Under the pieces are notes generated by a model, which saw only the letters and a list, made by a program, of their open reading frames with translations, searched no databases and had not been told where the DNA came from. From a virus (taxonomy: Duplodnaviria; Heunggongvirae; Uroviricota; Caudoviricetes), in IMG/VR virus record IMGVR_UViG_2778261300_000001, positions 1 through 11,483 of that record: a stretch of DNA of 11,483 bases; one strand, written 5' to 3'. Positions 1-5,986 of this stretch are shown here, piece after piece (within the stretch, counting starts at the first letter, position 1; every line of letters begins with the position of its first letter). Position numbers and translations under genes: made by a program.

Positions 1-143
1 TGTTTACGGGGTTTTTTACTGGTTGATACTGTTTTTGTCATGTGAGTCACCTCTGACTGAGAGTTTACTCACTTAGCTGCGTGTCCACTATTGCTGGGTA
101 AGATCAGATCCAGCCTTATCTGGAGGACGGCAAATGCTTTCGC

Positions 144-500
144 ATGGTGCTTAAACCGTGGCGCGAGAGACGCAGTCTTTCCCAGAATGCACTCAGCCAC
201 ATGTGGTACAGCGAAATCAGTGAATACCTCATCAGCAAGGGTAAAACGTTCGCTACTCCAGCTTGGGTAAAAGATGCTCTCAAACACACATATCTCGGTT
301 ATGAAACCAAAGACCTGGTTGATGTCGTAACCGGTGATATCACCACTATCCAGTCGTTACGCCATACCTCCGATCTTGATACCGGAGAGATGTATGTCTT
401 CCTGTGTAAGGTTGAAGCCTGGGCGATGAATATTGGTTGCCACCTGACTATTCCACAGAGCTGCGAGTTTCAGCTGCTGCGCGACAAGCAGGAGGCGTAA
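144..500 (+). CDS. ybcN: NinB/Orf-family protein (YbcN-like recombination / DNA base-flipping protein), 118 aa from ATG 144
   Basis: Translation contains RSLSQN..(L/M)W, which resembles the RSLDQNRKLW motif of lambda NinB. It sits immediately upstream of ninE and its stop (498-500) overlaps the ninE ATG as TAATG. The start is uncertain: the in-frame stop at 99-101 forbids any longer N-terminus, and the GGAGG at 123-127 is 16 nt from the ATG. Confidence 0.6.
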   Translation: MVLKPWRERRSLSQNALSHMWYSEISEYLISKGKTFATPAWVKDALKHTYLGYETKDLVDVVTGDITTIQSLRHTSDLDTGEMYVFLCKVEAWAMNIGCHLTIPQSCEFQLLRDKQEA

Positions 501-670
501 TGGCTACACCGCTTATTCGTGTCATGAACGGACACATCTACAGAGTACCAAATCGTCGTAAGCGTAAACCTGAGCTGAAGCCATCCGAAATACCAACACT
601 GCTCGGATATACCGCCAGCTTGGTTGATAAAAAATGGTTGCGACTGGCAGCAAGGAGGAGTCATGGCTGA
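500..670 (+). CDS. ninE: NinE-family protein, 56 aa
   Basis: [56 protein letters not shown] is basic and similar in length and C-terminal W-LRR-AR pattern to lambda NinE. GGAGG lies 4 nt upstream of the ATG at 500. The 77-aa ORF in the track (437..670) is an upstream extension of the same frame. Confidence 0.75.
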   Translation: MATPLIRVMNGHIYRVPNRRKRKPELKPSEIPTLLGYTASLVDKKWLRLAARRSHG

Positions 671-953
671 TTTGAGAAAAGCAGCGCGTGGTCGGGAATG
701 CCAGGTAAGAATCCCTGGCGTATGTAATGGCAACCCTGAAACGTCTGTACTGGCACATATCCGGCTGACTGGATTGTGCGGCACCGGTACGAAACCGCCA
801 GACCTGATTGCCACCATTGCATGTTCTGCCTGCCACGACGAAATCGACCGCCGCACGCATTTTGTTGACGCTGGATATGCAAAAGAATGCGCGCTGGAAG
901 GTATGGCGAGAACGCAGGTTATCTGGCTGAAAGAGGGGGTAATTAAGGCGTGA
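663..953 (+). CDS. ybcO: YbcO-like putative nuclease, 96 aa, Cys/His-rich
   Basis: [64 protein letters not shown]... matches the DLP12 YbcO protein as I remember it. AGGAGG precedes the ATG at 663, and the gene overlaps the ninE stop by 8 nt. Confidence 0.8.
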   Translation: MADLRKAARGRECQVRIPGVCNGNPETSVLAHIRLTGLCGTGTKPPDLIATIACSACHDEIDRRTHFVDAGYAKECALEGMARTQVIWLKEGVIKA

Positions 954-1312
954 ATACTTACCACATCACACTACCCTGGCCGCCGAGCAATAACCGCTAC
1001 TACCGCCATAATCGAGGGCGCACGCACATCAGCGCAGAAGGGCAGGCATACCGCGATAACGTCGCCCGAATCATTAAAGGCTCAATGCTGGATATCGGTC
1101 TGGCTATGCCTGTGAAAATCCGCATTGAGTGCCACATGCCGGATCGCCGTCGCCGTGACCTGGATAATCTGCAAAAAGCCGCTTTTGACGCACTCACTAA
1201 AGCAGGTTTCTGGCTGGATGATGCTCAGGTCGTTGATTACCGTGTTGTGAAGATGCCTGTTACCAAAGGTGGGAGGCTGGAACTGACCATCACCGAAATG
1301 GGGAATGAATGA
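950..1312 (+). CDS. rusA: RusA Holliday-junction resolvase (crossover junction endodeoxyribonuclease), 120 aa, GTG start
   Basis: [26 protein letters not shown]...[55 protein letters not shown] is near-identical to E. coli RusA as I recall it. The start codon is GTG at 950, overlapping the ybcO stop as GTGA. Confidence 0.9.
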   Translation: MNTYHITLPWPPSNNRYYRHNRGRTHISAEGQAYRDNVARIIKGSMLDIGLAMPVKIRIECHMPDRRRRDLDNLQKAAFDALTKAGFWLDDAQVVDYRVVKMPVTKGGRLELTITEMGNE

Positions 1313-1449
1313 TGTTTGAGTTTTATATGGCAGAACTTCTTCGCCACCGCTGGGGGCATCTGCGCTTATATCGTTTCCCCGGTTCTGTTTTGACCGATTA
1401 CCGAATACTGAAGAATTACGCCAAAACCCTGACAGGAGCAGGAGTATGA
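1309..1449 (+). CDS. ylcG: Small protein YlcG-like, 46 aa (absent from the ORF track because it is short)
   Basis: The ATG at 1309 overlaps the rusA stop as ATGA. Translation is [46 protein letters not shown], with TGA at 1447-1449. Position between rusA and Q matches DLP12 ylcG. Confidence 0.6.
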   Translation: MMFEFYMAELLRHRWGHLRLYRFPGSVLTDYRILKNYAKTLTGAGV

Positions 1450-1534
1450 AGTCAGAGATAACAATCAACTAATACTGTTTTGTTGATTTTTGCTTGTAAT
1501 TGGCGTTCTGGTCTGATTTTTGTGGAGTAAGTTG

Positions 1535-1918
1535 ATGCGTGATATTCAGATGGTTCTTGAGCGTTGGGGAGCGTGGGCGGCTAATAATCATGAAGATGTG
1601 ACCTGGTCGTCCATTGCCGCCGGTTTTAAGGGATTAATTACTTCAAAAGTAAAATCTCGCCCGCAATGTTGTGACGATGACGCGATGATCATTTGCGGGT
1701 GCATGGCCCGTCTGAAAAAGAACAACAGCGATTTGCACGATTTATTAGTAGATTATTATGTAGTCGGTATGACATTCATGTCACTGGCAGGTAAGCATGG
1801 CTGCTCTGATGGTTATATCGGGAAAAGGTTACAGAAGGCTGAGGGCATAATTGAAGGGATGTTAATGGCATTAGATATCCGGTTAGAGATGGATATCGTT
1901 GTTAATAACTCTAATTAA
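1535..1918 (+). CDS. quuD: Late-gene antitermination protein Q (QuuD-like), 127 aa
   Basis: [35 protein letters not shown]...[16 protein letters not shown] matches the DLP12 Q-like antiterminator. GGAG lies 7 nt upstream of the ATG at 1535. The track ORF from 1520 uses an upstream TTG. Confidence 0.85.
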   Translation: MRDIQMVLERWGAWAANNHEDVTWSSIAAGFKGLITSKVKSRPQCCDDDAMIICGCMARLKKNNSDLHDLLVDYYVVGMTFMSLAGKHGCSDGYIGKRLQKAEGIIEGMLMALDIRLEMDIVVNNSN

Positions 1919-1951
1919 TATGCCAATTGTTTACTAAAAATTATTAAAAAT

Positions 1952-1969
1952 GGGGCGTTGAGACGCCCC
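1952..1969 (-). terminator. Hairpin (7-bp GC-rich stem GGGGCGT/ACGCCCC, 4-nt loop) followed on the minus strand by a U-rich tract; likely distal terminator for nmpC
   Basis: Stem 1952-1958 pairs with 1963-1969. The plus strand has A-runs on both sides, so on the minus strand the hairpin is followed by AUUUUUAAUAAUUUUU. Confidence 0.5.
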
Positions 1970-2057
1970 CAAAAATAAAGGGTAATATATAACAGAAGGT
2001 TTATATAGTTAGAAGCAAGGTTGTGCTTCTAAAGGAAGTGGCTTGAGGGAGCCACTT

Positions 2058-2097
2058 ATATGTTGGGGAGGCAACGCCTCCCGCAACATATCTTTTT
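2058..2097. terminator. Strong intrinsic terminator hairpin (about 15 bp stem with a 1-nt bulge, loop AAC) plus CTTTTT on the plus strand; sits between the quuD 3' end and the nmpC 3' end and may act in both directions
   Basis: 2058-2072 (ATATGTTGGGGAGGC) pairs with 2076-2091 (GCCTCCCGCAACATAT), with T-run 2093-2097. A second 8-bp hairpin lies at 2036-2057 (AAGTGGCT/AGCCACTT). Confidence 0.65.
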
Positions 2098-2107
2098 CGT
2101 AATCAGA

Positions 2108-3205
2108 TTAGAACTGGTAAACCAGACCTACAGCAACGATGTCATCAGTGCTTACACTGAGTGCTTTAGTGAAGTCATTTTTGTCAAGCAGGTTGATTTT
2201 GTAATCAACGAAAGTAGACATATTTTTGTTGAAGTAATAGGTTGCACCTACATCAACATATTTGACTAAGTCCTGATCGCCCCATACTCCAAGATCCTTA
2301 CCTTTAGATTGCAGGTAAGCAACGGACGGACGCAGACCGAAATCGAACTGATATTGTGCAACAGCTTCGAAGTTTTGGGCTTTATTAGCAACGAAGTGAT
2401 CAGCAAATACAGTCATATTCTGGGTTTCAGAATAGGTAGTGGCCAGGTAAATGTTGTTAGCGTCATATTTCAGACCTGCGGCCCAAACTTCTGCATTTTT
2501 ACCGGAAGCAAATACTTCAGGAAGAACTTTCCCTGCATTAACTTGAGTGTCGGTACGATCAGATTTCGCATAAGTTGCACCGATACCGAATCCTTCGTAT
2601 TCATAGGTAGCAGAGAAACCGAAGCCATCACCGTTACCTTCAGTGTAGTTATCGAAATCGCTACGATCGTTTTTGCCTTGGTACTGAGCAGCAAAGTTCA
2701 GACCATCAACCAGACCAAAGAAGTCGTTGTTACGATAGGTTGCAACACCAGTTGCACGTTGAGTCATGAACACGTCGGTTTGAGTCCAAGTGTCACCACC
2801 GAATTCTGGCAGGACGTCAGTCCACGCACCGATGTCGTATGCTACACCGTAGTTACGGCCGTAATCGATGGAGCCGTAGTCACCGAATTTCAGGCCAGCG
2901 AAGGCAAGACGGGTTTTATCTTTGGAGGAACCTTGAGATTCAGCGCGGTTGCCTTTGAATTCATATTCCCACTGACCGAAACCAGTCAGTTGATCGTTGA
3001 TTTGGGTTTCACCTTTGAAGCCAAGACGGGCATAAGTAGTATCACCATCATCTGCATCATTGGAGGAGAAGTAGTGCTTAGCATTAACTTTCCCGTACAG
3101 ATCCAGCTTGTTACTGTCTTTATTATAAATTTCAGCTGCCTGAGCAGACATCGCCATCAGTACTGATGCAGCTACAGCAGAAATTGCCACTGTTAATTTT
3201 TTCAT
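2108..3205 (-). CDS. nmpC: General bacterial porin of the OmpC/OmpD/NmpC family, 365 aa including signal peptide; prophage moron
   Basis: Signal peptide [23 protein letters not shown], then [17 protein letters not shown]... and C-terminal ...VAVGLVYQF, the typical porin beta-barrel terminus ending in F. I take the ATG at 3203-3205 as the start rather than the upstream extension in the track. The reading frame is uninterrupted. Confidence 0.9.
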   Translation of the reverse strand: MKKLTVAISAVAASVLMAMSAQAAEIYNKDSNKLDLYGKVNAKHYFSSNDADDGDTTYARLGFKGETQINDQLTGFGQWEYEFKGNRAESQGSSKDKTRLAFAGLKFGDYGSIDYGRNYGVAYDIGAWTDVLPEFGGDTWTQTDVFMTQRATGVATYRNNDFFGLVDGLNFAAQYQGKNDRSDFDNYTEGNGDGFGFSATYEYEGFGIGATYAKSDRTDTQVNAGKVLPEVFASGKNAEVWAAGLKYDANNIYLATTYSETQNMTVFADHFVANKAQNFEAVAQYQFDFGLRPSVAYLQSKGKDLGVWGDQDLVKYVDVGATYYFNKNMSTFVDYKINLLDKNDFTKALSVSTDDIVAVGLVYQF

Positions 3206-3632
3206 CGTGAGCCCTTTTTTTGAACTATTATTAAAAAATGATGTCACTGCGCGATAAATATTCATCTAATCAATGTGATTATTTCAAGATGTAAGTTTTG
3301 GTTTCTCGTTTGATTTGTGAAGTAGATCTCTATTTTTATCTGAACTTTTTTCTATCGAATCCTATTCATGGCTCTTGGCTGAATAAAAATAAATCTATTA
3401 GCCAATTTATATTAACGGCTGTTATTTATAAGCGCTCTATAATTTGAAGGTTCAATTTAAACCGGCTAAAAATAACACTGGAAATTATTTGTTGGTTATT
3501 TGTTGAGATTTGCTTATGTATTTGTAGTGGTGTTTTCAATACTCGGTAGCATTCTCGCAAATATCATTTAGTGGTTTACGTACGTAAAAAATTGGTTATG
3601 CTGTTAAGAGTGGTTACTTCGTCACACAGCTT
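3206..3632. promoter_or_regulatory. AT-rich intergenic region: nmpC promoter and 5' leader on the minus strand, probably also late-promoter / essD upstream signals on the plus strand
   Basis: About 570 bp without a credible ORF between the divergent nmpC start and essD. It is AT-rich and contains a tandem 11-bp repeat at 3485-3506. Confidence 0.5.
3485..3506. repeat. Tandem direct repeat, 2 x 11 bp (TTATTTGTTGG / TTATTTGTTGA)
   Basis: Read directly from the sequence at 3485-3495 and 3496-3506. Confidence 0.6.
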
Positions 3633-3665
3633 AAACCCGCCGTCGAGCGGGTTTTTCCATTTTTT
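3633..3665 (+). terminator. Intrinsic terminator (8-bp stem AAACCCGC/GCGGGTTT, 6-nt loop, T-runs); candidate tR'-like terminator upstream of the lysis cassette
   Basis: Stem 3633-3640 pairs with 3647-3654, followed by TTTTT CCA TTTTTT. It lies about 110 bp upstream of the essD start. Confidence 0.6.
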
Positions 3666-3777
3666 GAGTCTCGATATTAGCTGATAACCCAATACCTGAG
3701 TTATTCACTGACTCCGAGTCTGTTACGTTTCGTAGTATTCCCTCAATTTACACCCGCTTTGTCTGCGAGGTGGGGTT

Positions 3778-3993
3778 ATGAAATCCATGGATAAGTTAAC
3801 AACGGGTGTCGCCTATGGCACCTCAGCAGGTAGTGCCGGGTACTGGTTTTTACAGCTGCTAGATAAAGTCACGCCCTCACAGTGGGCGGCAATTGGAGTG
3901 CTGGGTAGCCTGGTATTTGGCCTGCTGACGTACCTGACAAACCTTTATTTCAAGATTAAAGAAGATAAGCGCAAGGCTGCGAGAGGTGGATAA
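3778..3993 (+). CDS. essD: Phage-21-type pinholin S (holin/antiholin with dual-start motif MKSM), 71 aa
   Basis: [71 protein letters not shown] matches the S21/EssD pinholin: two transmembrane helices, Met1 and Met4 dual starts, charged C-terminus. RBS is GAGGTGGGG. Confidence 0.9.
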
Positions 3994-4490
3994 TGCCTCC
4001 ATCATTACGAAAAGCTGTTGCTGCTGCTATTGGTGGCGGGGCTATTGCTATAGCATCTGTGTTAATCACTGGCCCAAGTGGTAACGATGGTCTGGAAGGT
4101 GTGAGACATAATCCTTACAAAGACATAGTTGGTGTATGGACTGTATGTTACGGGCATACAGGAAAAGACATCATGCTCGGTAAAACGTATACCAAAGCAG
4201 AATGCAAAGCACTCTTGAATAAAGACCTTGCCACTGTCGCCAGACAAATTAACCCGTACATCAAAGTCGATATACCGGAAACAACGCGCGGCGCTCTTTA
4301 CTCATTCGTTTACAACGTGGGTGCTGGCAATTTCAGAACATCGACGCTTCTTCGCAAAATAAACCAGGGCGATATCAAAGGCGCATGTGATCAGCTACGT
4401 CGCTGGACATATGCTGGCGGTAAGCAATGGAAAGGTCTCATGACTCGTCGTGAGATTGAGCGTGAAATTTGTTTGTGGGGTCAGCAATGA
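3993..4490 (+). CDS. rrrD: SAR endolysin (lysozyme with N-terminal signal-anchor-release domain), 165 aa
   Basis: N-terminal SAR-like hydrophobic, Gly/Ala-rich segment [18 protein letters not shown], followed by a lysozyme-like domain. The start overlaps the essD stop as TAATG. Matches R21/RrrD. Confidence 0.9.
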   Translation: MPPSLRKAVAAAIGGGAIAIASVLITGPSGNDGLEGVRHNPYKDIVGVWTVCYGHTGKDIMLGKTYTKAECKALLNKDLATVARQINPYIKVDIPETTRGALYSFVYNVGAGNFRTSTLLRKINQGDIKGACDQLRRWTYAGGKQWKGLMTRREIEREICLWGQQ

Positions 4491-4951
4491 ACAGAGTAAC
4501 CGCGATTATCTCCGCTCTGGTTATCTGCATCATCGTCTGCCTGTCATGGGCTGTTAATCATTACCGTGATAACGCAATCGCCTACAAAGAGCAGCGCGAT
4601 AACAAGGCCAGTGAACTGGAGAAGGCGAACGCCACCATCGCTGACATGCGGAAGCGTCAACGTGATGTAGCAGAACTCGACGCCAGATACACAAAGGAGC
4701 TTGCTGATGCTAACGCGACTATCGAAAGTCTTCGTGCTGATGTTTCTGCTGGGCGTAAGTGGCTGCGCGTCAAAGCTGTCTGTCCAGACATGCATAAAAT
4801 CACCGCCGCCTCCGGCGTGGATGATGGCACCAGCCCCAGACTTACTGACACCGCTCAACGGGATTATTTCACCCTTAGAAAGCGGATTGAAACCAGTGAT
4901 AAAATGATCCGAGGCTTGCAGCAATACATTCGCACGCAGTGTGTAAGATGA
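4487..4951 (+). CDS. rzpD: Rz-type i-spanin (inner-membrane spanin subunit), 154 aa
   Basis: [26 protein letters not shown]... is an N-terminal transmembrane helix followed by a charged, coiled-coil-like periplasmic domain. The start overlaps the rrrD stop as ATGA. Confidence 0.85.
   Translation: MNRVTAIISALVICIIVCLSWAVNHYRDNAIAYKEQRDNKASELEKANATIADMRKRQRDVAELDARYTKELADANATIESLRADVSAGRKWLRVKAVCPDMHKITAASGVDDGTSPRLTDTAQRDYFTLRKRIETSDKMIRGLQQYIRTQCVR
4707..4907 (+). CDS. rzoD: Rz1-type o-spanin lipoprotein, 66 aa, embedded in the +1 frame of rzpD
   Basis: [23 protein letters not shown]... has a lipobox (VSGC) and a proline-rich mature part ([26 protein letters not shown]) typical of Rz1. GGAG lies 8 nt upstream of the ATG at 4707. 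It is wholly nested within Rz. Confidence 0.75.
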   Translation: MLTRLSKVFVLMFLLGVSGCASKLSVQTCIKSPPPPAWMMAPAPDLLTPLNGIISPLESGLKPVIK

Positions 4952-5331
4952 GCAATCTTTGCTAATTAGCCATGAAATAGATAAATATCAGGCCAACGAT
5001 GATTAGTGCCAGGCATCCTAATTGGTCAGAATGGCTGGCATTTGATCGTCTTGCTCTTCTTGCAGTTGATTGGACAGCCCTCTGTCCTCGACTTCCTCTT
5101 GGCATTCCTCTCATTTATTCTCTCTCAACATTGATATTGAACTGACAGATGATAATTATTTCATGAAAGTGGTATCTCGTTGATTTGATTACGCTACATA
5201 GTCGCCGGATTTTCGCATTTATCGGCATCGGGCGGTGCAAAATTGGCATAATCGAAACGTAGAGTTTTTGGCTGACAACAGCATTAGCGGTCACCCGGAG
5301 AGTGTTGTGAACATGTTAATTACATGACGCT

Positions 5332-5652
5332 TTAGATGCATCGACATTTGATGATGCTTGTCAGACCTGTCATTTTCTTTGCTTCATTTTCAACATTGAG
5401 GAAGTTGGTTGAGCATATTTTTTGATAATCTCCAGTTGTGAATCCTGTTTTATCGATCTTGCGTTTCAAGGGATTAATCGTTTTGCAAGATGCTCTATGG
5501 ATTCTGGTAAAGCGTTCGTCAGATTTATTACCTTTACCTCTGGTTCGCTTCAATGCATTGACAACATATCCGTCTGGATTATCGCCAAGCCAATTACGAT
5601 AGTCTGATTCACTCTCAGTCTGAAGGTCACTTCTGAATACCTTTATGGACAT
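5332..5652 (-). CDS. Hypothetical protein, 106 aa, basic, 4 Cys (possible zinc ribbon); moron in the bor position between the spanins and cos
   Basis: Minus-strand ORF with GGAG 7 nt upstream of the ATG at 5652 (the track's 112-aa version starts at an upstream ATG at 5670). Translation: MSIKVFRSDLQTESESDYRNWLGDNPDGYVVNALKRTRGKGNKSDERFTRIHRASCKTINPLKRKIDKTGFTTGDYQKICSTNFLNVENEAKKMTGLTSIIKCRCI. It lies in an AT-rich island opposite to the flanking phage genes. I cannot place it in a family. Confidence 0.5.
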   Translation of the reverse strand: MSIKVFRSDLQTESESDYRNWLGDNPDGYVVNALKRTRGKGNKSDERFTRIHRASCKTINPLKRKIDKTGFTTGDYQKICSTNFLNVENEAKKMTGLTSIIKCRCI

Positions 5653-5796
5653 GAAGATACTCCTGTGCATTTATGGTACGAAGAAATAGCAAAAGTATTT
5701 TTACCGTAAATTGCGAATCTACAAAAGCAAAACAATGCGTAATATCAGAGTGAATATTCTGCCTTTAATGTGGGTCCTTCTGATGACCTGAGCTCT

Positions 5797-5817
5797 CACG
5801 GGGCGGGAGCGTCGCGG
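5797..5817. other. cos-like sequence (possible degenerate cosN) about 170 bp upstream of the Nu1-type start codon
   Basis: CACGGGGCGGGAGCGTCGCGG resembles the lambda cosN region ACGGGGCGGCGACCTCGCGGG: 17 of 21 positions match by eye, and 8 of 12 within the cohesive-end core. Its position relative to the Nu1-like start mirrors lambda (cosN about 190 bp upstream of Nu1). Confidence 0.35.
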
Positions 5818-5897
5818 AAAAAGGCTAGTTTTTGCATTTTTATCGGCCACCATCATCTTTGCATCTTATTGATTATTAATGGTTATTTGTTTTTTGT

Positions 5898-5927
5898 ATG
5901 TCGAATTGAGCGGTTTTTGTTCGACAT
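5898..5927. repeat. 8-bp inverted repeat ATGTCGAA ... TTCGACAT with 14-bp spacer, between the cos-like site and the Nu1-type start (candidate terminase-binding cosB-type element)
   Basis: Read from the sequence: 5898-5905 and 5920-5927 are exact reverse complements. A function as a protein-binding site is inference. Confidence 0.4.
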
Positions 5928-5986
5928 CGAACGCGTTTTCTTAAAGTTGTTCGCACGATGCATGTTTAAAGCTCTCCGGAGGAAAT

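Noticed and set aside
69-287. 72-aa minus-strand ORF at the left end
   Set aside because: Lies antisense to the NinB-like gene and across the probable non-coding leader; no RBS and no recognisable features.
437-670. 77-aa version of ninE starting at 437
   Set aside because: It is an upstream extension of the ninE frame running inside the ybcN coding region. The ATG at 500 with GGAGG RBS and the TAATG junction gives the expected 56-aa NinE.
470-964. Minus-strand ORFs 470..964 (164 aa), 522..860 (112 aa) and 661..882 (73 aa)
   Set aside because: Antisense to ninE and ybcO, which have strong homology-based support and coupled junctions; these look like shadow ORFs.
1000-1468. Minus-strand ORFs 1000..1197 and 1082..1468
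   Set aside because: Antisense to rusA and ylcG; no independent support.
2060-3166. Plus-strand ORFs 2060..2269 (69 aa), 2309..3166 (285 aa) and minus-strand 2470..2694 (74 aa) overlapping the porin gene
   Set aside because: The porin on the minus strand is unambiguous (signal peptide, beta-barrel C-terminal Phe). The 285-aa plus-strand ORF is its antisense shadow with an implausible composition.
4062-4924. Minus-strand ORFs 4062..4247, 4544..4924 and 4657..4851 inside the lysis cassette
   Set aside because: Antisense to rrrD and rzpD/rzoD; the sense-strand genes are well supported.
5422-5607. 61-aa plus-strand ORF antisense to the 106-aa moron ORF
   Set aside because: The minus-strand ORF has the RBS and the longer frame; I cannot exclude the opposite call, but it is the less likely one.
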